Source: Tagaea sp. (lineage in GTDB: Bacteria; Pseudomonadota; Alphaproteobacteria; CACIAM-22H2). Taken from it: DNA of 64,000 nucleotides. The stretch covers positions 2,256,496-2,320,495 of the forward strand of contig OZ257249.1 of the NCBI GenBank assembly GCA_965279565.1, given 5' to 3'. Under the pieces are notes generated by a model. The model made no database searches, was not told the DNA's origin, and saw nothing but the letters and a program-made list of their open reading frames with translations. Positions 8,765 through 18,016 of this stretch are shown here, piece by piece. Each line of letters starts with the position of its first letter. Within the stretch, counting starts at the first letter, position 1. Both the position numbers and the translations under genes were made by a program.

Positions 8765-9904
8765 TCAGCCGTAGAGATATCCGACCGGCTTGCCTTCGGT
8801 CCGGAGCGGGCGCGTCTCCGTGCGGGTGATGATCCGGCCGCCCAGCGCGTCGATCTCGTCGCGCTGTGCCGGCGTCCACCGGCGCAGGTTTTCCATGCCC
8901 TTGAGCAGGCCGAGGCGCAGGACCTGCGTGTTCTCGCCGATGCCGACGAGCTCGACCGAGTTGCGGCCGGCGGTCACGCAGTCGCCGGTCGCGAGTTCGA
9001 AGCGCTTGCCCGCGGCGTCCTTGAATTCCGCGGAGCCGCGGATGACGCGGTGGATGACGACCTCCGCCTTCGCGAAGGCGGAGATGTCCGCAGGGCCCGC
9101 CGCACTCTTCGGCAGCAGCGGCTGGCCGCGCGGGTCGGTCGCCAGGATGTGGCCGGTCACCAGATGGCCGCTCGGGGTCTCGATCCCCAGATCGCGCACG
9201 AAGACGGGCACGTCGGCACGGAGCGTCGCGGCCGGCAGCGGCCTGTAGAGTGCTTCCAGCGACAGCGGATCCTGCAGCCAGAAATCCGCGTCGGCCGGCC
9301 GGTCGTGCAGCGGGTGGCGCCAGGCAAGGCGCGGCGTATCGGCCTCGTCCACGCGGTCGCGGCGGACGATCGTCGGATTCGGAAACGTCGTCGGGTCGGT
9401 GATGAAGGCTTCGAGGAACTTGCCCGAGTAGCCGAGCGAAATCGGATCGGGCACGACCGTCTGCGGCGTCTTCAGGTTGTCGTCGGTGGGCAGGCCGGAC
9501 CACGTGTAGAAGAGCTGGCGATGCACGATGGCGCTCTGCAGCATCGCGGCACCGGGGCCGACGTAAAAGAACCGCCCGTCGTAATCGAACGTGAACATGC
9601 CCGACGTGACGAGCACGAGCTGGAAGCCGCCCGGCGGCAGATGGAGATGGAAGTCGGTCGGGCCGGTGTCCTGCCGGTGGATCGGCAGGTTCGTCGCGAC
9701 CTCGTGCAGCAGGAACGTCTCGTTGTTCGCCTGGAAGCCCTTTTCGGCGCGGTTGTAGAGGGCCTGCGGGCGATAGGTCGCCGTGTATTCGGCATCCTTG
9801 TCGCGATCGATGGCGACGAAATCCTGCCGGTTCAGGCGGATCGGATCGCCGCCGGGTCGCGCGAGGCCGGAAAGACTGAAATCGACCGCAGCATGCACGT
9901 TCAT
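8765..9904 (-). CDS. Hypothetical protein, probable (bi)cupin
   Basis: 379 aa. The C-terminal region GSAEFKDAAGKRFELATGDCVTAGRNSVELVGIG is a cupin-like beta-barrel. GGAGAA RBS before ATG 9904. Confidence 0.6.
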   Translation of the reverse strand: MNVHAAVDFSLSGLARPGGDPIRLNRQDFVAIDRDKDAEYTATYRPQALYNRAEKGFQANNETFLLHEVATNLPIHRQDTGPTDFHLHLPPGGFQLVLVTSGMFTFDYDGRFFYVGPGAAMLQSAIVHRQLFYTWSGLPTDDNLKTPQTVVPDPISLGYSGKFLEAFITDPTTFPNPTIVRRDRVDEADTPRLAWRHPLHDRPADADFWLQDPLSLEALYRPLPAATLRADVPVFVRDLGIETPSGHLVTGHILATDPRGQPLLPKSAAGPADISAFAKAEVVIHRVIRGSAEFKDAAGKRFELATGDCVTAGRNSVELVGIGENTQVLRLGLLKGMENLRRWTPAQRDEIDALGGRIITRTETRPLRTEGKPVGYLYG

Positions 9905-9933
9905 GGCATTCTCCGTCCGTCCGGGATTTGATT

Positions 9934-9950
9934 TATTGTGCGACGCACAA
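9934..9950. promoter_or_regulatory. 17-bp element TATTGTGCGACGCACAA containing a perfect 7-1-7 palindrome (TTGTGCG-A-CGCACAA), copy 1. It lies 30-46 bp upstream of the cupin gene start.
   Basis: Exact inverted repeat read directly. An identical copy lies 124 bp away. Confidence 0.5.
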
Positions 9951-10057
9951 ATTCCGGATGCAACGTCAAATAATGTGCAGTATTCGGCGTGTTTGCCTTA
10001 TTTTTAAGGCTTCAATGCAAATGTCGTCGTTCAACCGAAATGTACGCTTTTTGAGCA

Positions 10058-10074
10058 TATTGTGCGACGCACAA
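10058..10074. promoter_or_regulatory. Identical 17-bp palindromic element TATTGTGCGACGCACAA, copy 2, 42 bp downstream of the phaZ stop
   Basis: Exact repeat of the 9934-9950 element. Confidence 0.5.
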
Positions 10075-10115
10075 GCCGAAGATCGGCGCGACGTGCCTGA
10101 TTTTTGGAAGGCCGG

Positions 10116-11327
10116 CTATTCGTTGGCCAGAATCGTGTTCCGCACCAGCGGGTAGATCTGTCCGGCCCAGCGCTTCCCGGCGAACACGCCGTAATGGCCC
10201 ACGCCGGCCTGCATATAGTGTTTCTTGCGATAGGGACGCACGCTCGCGCACAGGTCGTGTGCCGCCAGCGTCTGCCCGATCGCGCAGATGTCGTCGCGCT
10301 CGCCCTCGACCGTGAACAGCGCGGTGCGGCGGATCGCCTTGGTGTCGACCTTGCGCCCGCGCCACTCGAGCTCGCCCTTCGCCAACTGGTATTTCTGGAA
10401 CACCCGCTCGATCGTCTCGAGATAGAACTCGGCCGTCATGTCGAGCACGGCGAAGTACTCGTCGTAGAAGGCCTTGATCGTGCTGGCCTGCTCGTTGTCG
10501 CCCTTGGCGAGCGCGCGCAGCAGGTCGCCCTGCGCCTTGATGTGGCGCTCGGCATTCATGCTCATGAAGGCCGTGAGCTGCAGGAATCCCGGATAGACGC
10601 GCCGCATGGCGCCGGGATAGCGCAGCGGCACGCGGCTGATCAGGTTGTTCTCGAACCAGCTCATCGGCCGGCCCGTGGCGAGCTTGTTCACCTTGGTCGG
10701 ATTGACGCGGCAGTCGACCGGCCCCGCCATCAGGGTAAGGCTGAGCGGCTGGGCCGGATTGTCGTCCTCCGCCATCAGTGCTGCGGCGGCCAGCACCTGC
10801 ACGCAGGGTTGGCAGACCGCGACGACATGCGAGCCCGGCCCCATCTTCTCGAGGAAGCGCACGAGGTGCTCGACATATTCGTCGAAGCCGAAGCGGCCGT
10901 TCCAGATGCCGACGTCGCGCGCGTTGTGCCAGTCGGTGATGTGGACGTCGTGGTCGGGCAGCAGCACGCGGACCGTGTCGCGCAGCAGGGTGGCGAAGTG
11001 CCCCGACAGGGGCACAACCAGCAGCACCTTGGGCTGCACGGGCGCACCTTCCTTGACGAAGCGCAGCAGCGTGGCGAAGGGTGTTGCCGCCACCACTTCT
11101 TCGGTGACCGGCACCGTCTCGTTGCCGCACACGACTTCGTCGATGCCGAAGGATGGCCGGCGGTGGCTGAACGCCGCCCGGGTCATCATCTCGCACAGCG
11201 CGCTGACCGCCCGCCACCGGTCGACGCTCGCGTCGCCGCCCAGCAGGAACCCCCTGCCGGCAGCCGCCGCCCAGACACGCATCGGGAGCATGACGTCGGC
11301 GGAAGATTGATAGAGGGCGTACAACAT
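10116..11327 (-). CDS. phaZ: Intracellular polyhydroxyalkanoate (PHB) depolymerase
   Basis: 403 aa starting MLYALYQ. Family-typical ...ETVPVTEEVVAATPFATLLRFVKEG... and the C-terminal HYGVFAG. ATG at 11327. Confidence 0.85.
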   Translation of the reverse strand: MLYALYQSSADVMLPMRVWAAAAGRGFLLGGDASVDRWRAVSALCEMMTRAAFSHRRPSFGIDEVVCGNETVPVTEEVVAATPFATLLRFVKEGAPVQPKVLLVVPLSGHFATLLRDTVRVLLPDHDVHITDWHNARDVGIWNGRFGFDEYVEHLVRFLEKMGPGSHVVAVCQPCVQVLAAAALMAEDDNPAQPLSLTLMAGPVDCRVNPTKVNKLATGRPMSWFENNLISRVPLRYPGAMRRVYPGFLQLTAFMSMNAERHIKAQGDLLRALAKGDNEQASTIKAFYDEYFAVLDMTAEFYLETIERVFQKYQLAKGELEWRGRKVDTKAIRRTALFTVEGERDDICAIGQTLAAHDLCASVRPYRKKHYMQAGVGHYGVFAGKRWAGQIYPLVRNTILANE

Positions 11328-11366
11328 TTGCGGCGACAGGCTCGGAATTTGCATTTCCCGGCGGGC

Positions 11367-12023
11367 ATGGCCGAAGCTTCTCTCACAGTCAGTAGCAAGA
11401 ACTATTCCTCTTGGTCTTTGCGCGGCTGGCTGCTGTGCAAGATGGCCGGACTGGATTTCGAGGAGAAATTGGCGCCGCTGGATGATCCGGCGACCCGCGC
11501 CGAGCTCCTGCACCTGTCCCCGTCCTTCCTGGTGCCCTGCCTGGAGCACGGGCCGGTCAAGGTCTGGGACACGCTTGCGATCGCGGAATACCTGCACGAG
11601 CTGAAGCCCAAGGCCGGCCTGTGGCCGACCGACCCGGTCGCCCGGCCGCATTGCCGCGCGGTCTGCGGCGAGATGCATTCGGGCTTCGCGAATCTCCGCT
11701 CGGCCCTGCCGATGAACCTCAAGGTCCGGCACGAACGGTTCAAGATCTGGGCAGGTGCCCAGGCCGACATCGACCGCGTCACCGCGATCTGGCGCGACTG
11801 CCTGCAGCGCTATGGTGGCCCGTACCTGTTCGGCAAGAAGCCGACCGTCGCCGACGCGATGTATGCGCCGGTTTGCACGCGCTTCGCCACCTACGACGTG
11901 CAGCTCGATCCGGCGTCGGCCGCCTATCGCGACCTGATGCTGAAATTCCCGCCGCTGGTCGAATGGACCGCGGCCGCGAAGGACGAACCCGACGACGTCG
12001 AGGAACTGGACGTCGAGTTCTAG
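11367..12023 (+). CDS. Glutathione S-transferase family protein
   Basis: 218 aa. N-terminal thioredoxin-like GST fold (SSKNYSSWSLRGWLLCKMAGLDFEE) and a C-terminal helical domain. Divergent from phaZ with only 39 bp between start codons. Confidence 0.8.
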   Translation: MAEASLTVSSKNYSSWSLRGWLLCKMAGLDFEEKLAPLDDPATRAELLHLSPSFLVPCLEHGPVKVWDTLAIAEYLHELKPKAGLWPTDPVARPHCRAVCGEMHSGFANLRSALPMNLKVRHERFKIWAGAQADIDRVTAIWRDCLQRYGGPYLFGKKPTVADAMYAPVCTRFATYDVQLDPASAAYRDLMLKFPPLVEWTAAAKDEPDDVEELDVEF

Positions 12024-12757
12024 CGGGTCCAGGCACCCGCACCGCCGCCGTCGGCCGCCTGCAGCAGCGTGACGTTCAGGGCCGTGCGGACGGCGAAGCC
12101 GTAGCGTTCGTAGAGCGCGATCGCGCCGGCGTTGTCGGCATAGACATGCAGGAACTGCCGGTCGCCGCGCGCGGCGATCCAGCGCATCATCTCGGCGAAC
12201 AGGATCTGCGCGTGGCCCTTGCCGCGATGGTCGGGATGCACGCACACGGCGCTGATCTCGGTGAAGCCGTCGAAGCGCATGCGTTCGCCCGCCATCGCCG
12301 CGAGCCTTCCGCCTTCGCGAATGCCGATATAGCGGCCAAGCTCATGCGTGCGCGCGAAGAACGGGCCGGGCTTGGTCAGCGCCGTCAGTTCCACCATCTC
12401 GGGCGCGTCGGCGGCACCCAGCGTCAGGAACGGCGCCGTCGGGGCCGGCGGCATGTCGCCGATCGCGACCATCTGCAGGACCTGCGCGGTGAACTTGACC
12501 GCGAGCCCGTCGACCGGCGGCGGCATGCGCGTCGCCGGCGTCAGCACCGCAGCCGGGCTTTCGCTTGCCAGCGCGCGCAGCTCGCCGAGCGCCTCCGGGC
12601 TTTCGTCGCGCAGTGCTGCGAAGGGCGCGATGGCGGGCAGATAGCGAAGTGTTCGCGGTCCGCCCTGCGCCAAATGGCGGTGGTTCGTCGCCAGCGACGC
12701 CAGGATGGGGCTGTCGAGTGCGGCGGTTTCGCTTTCGGTCAGTCTGAAATCGGGCAT
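12020..12757 (-). CDS. GNAT family N-acetyltransferase
   Basis: C-terminal GNAT motifs (VCVHPDHRGKGHAQILF...YERYGF). Start MPDFRLTE at 12757. 4-bp convergent overlap with the GST gene. Confidence 0.7.
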   Translation of the reverse strand: MPDFRLTESETAALDSPILASLATNHRHLAQGGPRTLRYLPAIAPFAALRDESPEALGELRALASESPAAVLTPATRMPPPVDGLAVKFTAQVLQMVAIGDMPPAPTAPFLTLGAADAPEMVELTALTKPGPFFARTHELGRYIGIREGGRLAAMAGERMRFDGFTEISAVCVHPDHRGKGHAQILFAEMMRWIAARGDRQFLHVYADNAGAIALYERYGFAVRTALNVTLLQAADGGGAGAWTR

Positions 12758-12898
12758 GGCGGGCAAATTATTTGCGCGCGCGCGCGGCCGCAAGCCCGAC
12801 CTGCGGCAATGCGGGCCGCCCCAATGTCGCCCCGTTGATACGTTCGGCGCGCACCGGGGAGCCCGCCCAGGGCCTCCCGGTGCCACCGTCCGGCGCCG

Positions 12899-13705
12899 TC
12901 AGGTGGCCCGCATGGTGTGCGCTTGCCCCGCGAGAACGGTGTCGTCGGCCGGTACCTGCCGGCGGCGGCGTCCCAGCAGCGGTTTCGTCACGTCGGCGAA
13001 CGCGGCTTCGCGCGCCTCGGCGAGCAGTTCCCGGCGCGGCATCGTCGCGAGCAGGAATTCGTTGTCGTCGCGGTAGACCGCAAGCTCGTTGCGCCGGAAG
13101 CCGTACCAGTCGAAGCCGTGGATGCGGAACGTCGAACGCTCGACGATCGAGACGGTCGCCTTGTAGCGCCAGTGCGTGGCGACGAAGAAGAGCGAGGCGC
13201 GCACGATCGCCCGGTAGATCAGCGGATCGCCCGAGACGTTCATCCCGCCGCCCATCCACGCGATGTGGTCGGACCCCAGTTCGCTCGCCGACGGTGCCGT
13301 CACCTCGCAGCGCCGCCCTTCGCGGCGCATCTCCGAAGCCCGTTCGCCGTACCAGAAGGAAAGATCTTCCATCTCCTCCTTCAGCGTGCGTTCGAGCCAG
13401 ATGCGCCTTGCGCCGACCATCGCGGTGGGCCGGTTCTCGCCGTGACGCGTCGCGATGAAGGCGACGAAGTCGGCCGGCCCGACATCGGGGTGGTAGGCCG
13501 TGTCCTGCACCGGCGGCATGCGGATCGCGGTACGCTTCTCGTCGGGCAGGCTTTCCCAGAAGCTCCGGATGTCCGACATGTCGCGGGAGACCGAGACGCG
13601 ATAGCCGAGAGCCTCGAAGCTCCCGTTGATGCGGGCCCAGCTGCGGAACGCGAATTTGCGTTCGCAGGCGGATTTTTCCGGTTCGAAGGCGTCGATGAAT
13701 TCCAT
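12899..13705 (-). CDS. Hypothetical protein, 268 aa (possibly FemAB/GNAT-like Acetyltransf_6 fold; uncertain)
   Basis: Coding-like composition and GC3 bias. No motif recognised with certainty. Confidence 0.5.
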   Translation of the reverse strand: MEFIDAFEPEKSACERKFAFRSWARINGSFEALGYRVSVSRDMSDIRSFWESLPDEKRTAIRMPPVQDTAYHPDVGPADFVAFIATRHGENRPTAMVGARRIWLERTLKEEMEDLSFWYGERASEMRREGRRCEVTAPSASELGSDHIAWMGGGMNVSGDPLIYRAIVRASLFFVATHWRYKATVSIVERSTFRIHGFDWYGFRRNELAVYRDDNEFLLATMPRRELLAEAREAAFADVTKPLLGRRRRQVPADDTVLAGQAHTMRAT

Positions 13706-13897
13706 TTGGCCGTCCTTTCCGTTTGGAGGGGCGGCAAACGGCCGTCGGAGAGCTACATCATGGCCGGGACGGGCGGCGCGCCATTCGGTCCCGGGGGCAT
13801 GCGGCCGCTGCCGACGAATCAGTGCGCGACCTGGCGCTTCAATAGCGAGGCTTCCGCAGGGCAGTTCTGATGGCTGTGGAAAACGCGCCGCCGCGCG

Positions 13898-15001
13898 TCA
13901 GTTCAGGTTCGGCGAGACCGAATCCTTGAGGATCTTCGACGTCGTGAGCACGAAGTGCCGGCCGTCGAGGCGGAACGGCATGGCGAGGCGTTCGTAGAGC
14001 GTCTTGCGGAAGCCGAAATCGACGCCGATGCGCGAGACGGTCGGACGCTCGTCGCGCGACGCCTTCACGATGTGCCGGTCGACCATGGCGGAATACTGGA
14101 TGTGGTTCGTGCGGTCGAGCACGCGCATGCCGATCTCGGACTGGGTGGGCGCGTTGAATTTCGAGCCGATGTGGTAGCAGAAGGCTTCGCCCGAGCGCAC
14201 GGAGAAGAGCGAGCTTTCGCCGTCGCTCAGCATGCGCACCAGATGCGACAGCGGATCGTCGAAGAAGCGCGATTCCAGCACGCGGCGCAGGTTCGCGTCG
14301 GCATCGCCGACCGCGACCTCCTCGTCGACCCAGCCGGCGGGCGTGCGCCGCGAGGCGCGGATGCGCCGTTCGACGATGCGCCGCGCATCGGAGAGCGATT
14401 CCAGGACCGGCGCTTCGTCCTCGACATGGATCCGCACGCGGTCGTAGGGCATCGTCTCGAGCACGGCGAGCGCCTTGACGCAGGCCCGCGCGTCGACATG
14501 CGTGCGGTCGAAGGCGAGATAGCCGAAGCCGTCGCGCTCGCCCACGGCGATCCAGCCGTAGCCGCGGCACACATAGCCGATCGCGTTGCCGCGGTCGCCG
14601 GCCGGGATGCCGGCCACGCGCCGCGCCGTCGTCGCGAAATCGTCGACGACCGGAACGCACGTGCCGTCGTCGAGGCACCAGACCGGGCGGAACGGTTCGG
14701 GCTGGCGCACGCCGTTGGCGACCAGATCGCGCAGGTCGCCGATCTGCGCGCGGATCTCCTGCAGTTCGGGCGAGGACTTGGCCGTCGTGAGGCCGGGGAG
14801 GATTTCCTGAAGGAACTCGTCGGCATCGGGCAGCGTGCGCGCGACCTTGTAGACGAGCTCGATGTCGAGCTTGCGGGTCTCGCCCGATTTCAGTCGCTCG
14901 ACCGAAATGGCGCTGCAGCCGCCGATCCGCGCGATCGCCTTAAGCGAAATGTGCCGCCGGGCCGCCGCCTGAAAGAACAGATCGCTGATTCTGGAGCGCA
15001 T
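13898..15001 (-). CDS. Hypothetical regulator: N-terminal XRE-type HTH domain followed by a ~280-aa uncharacterised C-terminal domain
   Basis: HTH segment ISLKAIARIGGCSAISVERLKSGETRKLDIELVYKVARTL. The remainder is not recognised. Confidence 0.55.
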   Translation of the reverse strand: MRSRISDLFFQAAARRHISLKAIARIGGCSAISVERLKSGETRKLDIELVYKVARTLPDADEFLQEILPGLTTAKSSPELQEIRAQIGDLRDLVANGVRQPEPFRPVWCLDDGTCVPVVDDFATTARRVAGIPAGDRGNAIGYVCRGYGWIAVGERDGFGYLAFDRTHVDARACVKALAVLETMPYDRVRIHVEDEAPVLESLSDARRIVERRIRASRRTPAGWVDEEVAVGDADANLRRVLESRFFDDPLSHLVRMLSDGESSLFSVRSGEAFCYHIGSKFNAPTQSEIGMRVLDRTNHIQYSAMVDRHIVKASRDERPTVSRIGVDFGFRKTLYERLAMPFRLDGRHFVLTTSKILKDSVSPNLN

Positions 15002-15091
15002 TTTCCGGACTTCGCTCTCTTTATTGCAGGAGCTAACGAAGCCTACGACAAAATCGACGGGATCGCCATAGAGCAGGCATCCCGCGCATGT

Positions 15092-15535
15092 TCAGCGCGG
15101 CGGAATGCCGGGGGCGCCGGCAAGGCCGGCTGCCTGAATTCCGGTCAGCGCGCAGGCCTCGTCGCGGTCGCCGGTGTCGCCGGAGATGCCGACCGCGCCG
15201 ACGAGGCTGCCGTCGCCGGCCAGGATCAGCACGCCGCCGGGCGACGGGATCGTCCGGCCGGCGCTTGCGGCGGAAATCGCGGTCAGGAAGGCCGGCGATT
15301 TGGCCGCGCGGTCGGCCAGTTCGCGGGTCCCGAACCCCATGCCGAGGGCGCCCCACGCCTTCCCGTAGGCGATTTCGAACCGCAGGATGCCCGACCCGTC
15401 CTCGCGCATCGCCGTCACGACATGACCGCCGGCATCGAGGACGACGACCGTCAGCGGGGCCAGTGCGAGGCGCCTGCCTTCCTGGAGGGCAACGGTGGCG
15501 ATCTTGGAGGCAGCGGACAGCGTCAGGTTCGGCAT
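15092..15535 (-). CDS. GlcG/HbpS-family heme-binding protein (DUF336)
   Basis: MPNLTLSAASKIATVALQEGRRLALAPLTVVVLDAGGHVV...GISGDTGDRDEACA is a typical GlcG signature. Confidence 0.7.
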   Translation of the reverse strand: MPNLTLSAASKIATVALQEGRRLALAPLTVVVLDAGGHVVTAMREDGSGILRFEIAYGKAWGALGMGFGTRELADRAAKSPAFLTAISAASAGRTIPSPGGVLILAGDGSLVGAVGISGDTGDRDEACALTGIQAAGLAGAPGIPPR

Positions 15536-15709
15536 GCGGGCGGTCTCCGGGGCGTTGGGATGGATGTAGTACTCTGTGAATAAACGATATTTCTGGAAAC
15601 CGGGCGCGGCGCGGGCTACGGATTGCATCTGCGGATACCGGCGTTCGCGCGGTGCCCGAGTGGGCCCCGTGCAAACACTATCAGTGTGGCATATGGTTTC
15701 ACGCGCGGA

Positions 15710-15727
15710 TTGTCATACAATTGGAAC
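15710..15727. promoter_or_regulatory. Pho-box-like element TTGTCAT-ACAA-TTGGAAC (7-4-7 direct repeats), ~100 bp upstream of the ABC substrate-binding-protein gene
   Basis: The architecture matches the PhoB box (two 7-bp repeats 11 bp apart). The second repeat is degenerate. Confidence 0.3.
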
Positions 15728-15824
15728 AGATCGGACATAAAGCGGCGTCAGGTTCCGGAATATGAGCAAGGCGCCCGAACGATCCAATCACGAACGAACC
15801 CACCCAAATGAGGCGAGGCAGAAA

Positions 15825-16865
15825 ATGAACAGGAACGTAGTGAAGAGCGGCACGGCGATGGCGCTGGCCATCGCGGCGATGTCGCTGGTGGCCGCCGGCG
15901 CGGACGCGCAGCAGCGCACGCGCATCACGGTCTATACGGCCATCGAGAACGAACAGCTTCAGCCCTTCAAGGACGCCTTCGAGAAGGCGACCCCCGATGT
16001 CGAGATCGCCTGGGTGCGCGACTCCACGGGCACGCTGACCGCCCGCTTCCTCGCCGAGAAGGACAATCCCCGCGCCGACGCGATCTGGGGCCTGGCCGTC
16101 ACGTCGCTGCTTGCGTTCGAACAGCAGGGCCTGCTCGCGGACTACAAGCCCAAGGAATATGACCGCCTCAAGCCCGGCTTCCGCGACGCTGCCGCACCGT
16201 TCACGTGGCACGGCATCGACGCCTTCGCCGCGGCCGTCTGCTTCAACACGGCGGTCGCCAAGGCGGCCAACCTGCCGACGCCGAAGACCTGGGCCGACCT
16301 CCTCAACCCGGCCTTCAAGGGCAAGATCGTGATGCCGAACCCGGCCTCTTCGGGCACGGGCTATCTGACGGTCGCCGCCTGGCAGCAGATCATGGGCGAC
16401 GGTCCGTCGTGGGCCTACATGGACAAGCTGCACGACAATGTCGGCGTCTACACGCATTCGGGCTCTGCCCCGTGCGTGCAGGCCGCGCGCGGCGAGTTCG
16501 CGATCGGCATCAGCTTCGACATGCGCGCCGCTTCGGAAAAGACGAAGGGTGCGCCGCTCGACATTGTCGTCCCGACGGACGGCGTGGGCTGGGAAATGGA
16601 AGGTTCGGCCATCGTCAAGGCGACGAAGAATCTTGCCGCCGCCCAGAAGCTGATCGATTTCTCGGCCTCGGTTCCGGCCAACGAAATCTACGCCAAGTAC
16701 TACAACATCGTTGGCCACACGGCCGTGAAGGGCAACGCGCCGAACTATCCGGCCGAGACCGAAGCCCGGCTGATCAAGGCGGACTTCGCCAAGATCGCCG
16801 CCGACCGGTCGAAGACCCTCGCCGAGTGGACGAAGCGCTACGACGGCAAGTCGGCCCCGAAGTAA
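15825..16865 (+). CDS. ABC transporter periplasmic substrate-binding protein, Fe(3+)/2-aminoethylphosphonate (PhnS-like) family
   Basis: Signal peptide MNRNVVKSGTAMALAIAAMSLVAAGADA. Family-typical NPASSGTGYLTVAAW. First gene of a four-gene operon. Confidence 0.8.
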   Translation: MNRNVVKSGTAMALAIAAMSLVAAGADAQQRTRITVYTAIENEQLQPFKDAFEKATPDVEIAWVRDSTGTLTARFLAEKDNPRADAIWGLAVTSLLAFEQQGLLADYKPKEYDRLKPGFRDAAAPFTWHGIDAFAAAVCFNTAVAKAANLPTPKTWADLLNPAFKGKIVMPNPASSGTGYLTVAAWQQIMGDGPSWAYMDKLHDNVGVYTHSGSAPCVQAARGEFAIGISFDMRAASEKTKGAPLDIVVPTDGVGWEMEGSAIVKATKNLAAAQKLIDFSASVPANEIYAKYYNIVGHTAVKGNAPNYPAETEARLIKADFAKIAADRSKTLAEWTKRYDGKSAPK

Positions 16866-16937
16866 GATACCAACTCTCCGGGAACCGGAATCCCCCCGCG
16901 CCACCCGGCGCGGGGGTACCGGTCTAGTGCCTGAAAC

Positions 16938-18008
16938 ATGTCCGATTCCGCCTATCTCGTCGTCGACAAGGTCACCAAGAGCTTCGGCCAGTTCCAGGCC
17001 GTCCGCGAAGCGAGCTTCACCGTAAAGCGGGGCGAGTTCGTCTGCTTCCTCGGCCCGTCGGGCTGCGGCAAGACCACGCTGCTGCGCATGATCGCCGGGC
17101 TCGAGACCATGACCGGCGGCCGCGTCGTCCAGGACGGCCGCGACATCTCGTGGCTGCCGCCCTCGCAACGCGATTTCGGGATCGTCTTCCAGTCCTACGC
17201 GCTGTTCCCGAACCTGACCGTGTTCGACAACGTCGCCTACGGCCTGCGTGGCCGCGGCAAGAGCGCTGCCGAGATCGCCGGGCGCGTCGACGAGCTGCTG
17301 ACGCTTGTCGGGCTTCCGGGCGAAGCGAAGAAATATCCCTCCCAGATTTCCGGCGGCCAGCAGCAGCGCGTGGCGCTGGCTCGCGCGCTCGCCATCTCGC
17401 CGGGCCTGCTGCTGCTCGACGAGCCGCTCTCCGCACTCGACGCGCGCGTGCGCGTCTATCTGCGCCACGAGATACGCGAACTGCAGCGCCGCCTCGGCGT
17501 GACGACGATCATGGTCACCCACGATCAGGAAGAAGCGCTGACGATGGCCGACCGCATCGCCGTGATGAATTCCGGCCAGGTCGAGCAGTTCGACTCGCCG
17601 GCGGCCGTCTATGCGGTCCCGTCGACGCCGTTCGTCGCCGACTTCGTCGGCACCACCAACATCCTGCGCGCCAAGCTCGCGTCGCCGGGACGCATCGTTT
17701 CGGGCGGGGTCGAGATCGAGACGCCGACGCCGCCCGAGCTGTTCCCGGGTGCGGACCTGCGCGTCTGCGTGCGGCCGGAGGACGTCATGGTCCGCGGCGT
17801 TGGCGAGAACACGCCCAACCGCGTCGACGTGACGGTCGAGGAACTCGTCTTCATGGGATCCTTCAGCCGCGCGAAGCTCGCGGGGCCGAAGGGCATGTCG
17901 ATCAGCGCCGATTTCTCCGCCAATCTCCTGCGCGACCACGCGCTGGCCACCGGCTCGCGCATCAAGGTCGCGCTGCCGGCAGACCGGCTTCGCGTCTTCC
18001 CGGGCTGA
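16938..18008 (+). CDS. ABC transporter ATP-binding protein with C-terminal TOBE domain (PhnT/FbpC-like)
   Basis: Walker A GPSGCGKTT, signature LSGGQQQRVALARAL, Walker B LLLDEPLSALD. C-terminal transport-associated OB fold. Confidence 0.85.
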   Translation: MSDSAYLVVDKVTKSFGQFQAVREASFTVKRGEFVCFLGPSGCGKTTLLRMIAGLETMTGGRVVQDGRDISWLPPSQRDFGIVFQSYALFPNLTVFDNVAYGLRGRGKSAAEIAGRVDELLTLVGLPGEAKKYPSQISGGQQQRVALARALAISPGLLLLDEPLSALDARVRVYLRHEIRELQRRLGVTTIMVTHDQEEALTMADRIAVMNSGQVEQFDSPAAVYAVPSTPFVADFVGTTNILRAKLASPGRIVSGGVEIETPTPPELFPGADLRVCVRPEDVMVRGVGENTPNRVDVTVEELVFMGSFSRAKLAGPKGMSISADFSANLLRDHALATGSRIKVALPADRLRVFPG

Positions 18009-18016
18009 GAACCGTC

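Noticed and set aside
9928-10155. 75-aa plus-strand ORF within the AT-rich palindrome island
   Set aside because: Poor codon usage for this genome (AT-rich third positions), no RBS, and it overlaps the phaZ 3' end. The region is more plausibly regulatory.
10104-11366. N-terminal approximately 420 codons of the 639-aa plus-strand ORF that ends as the GST gene
   Set aside because: This part is antisense to phaZ and is low-complexity. The GST begins at the internal ATG 11367, giving a normal 218-aa GST.
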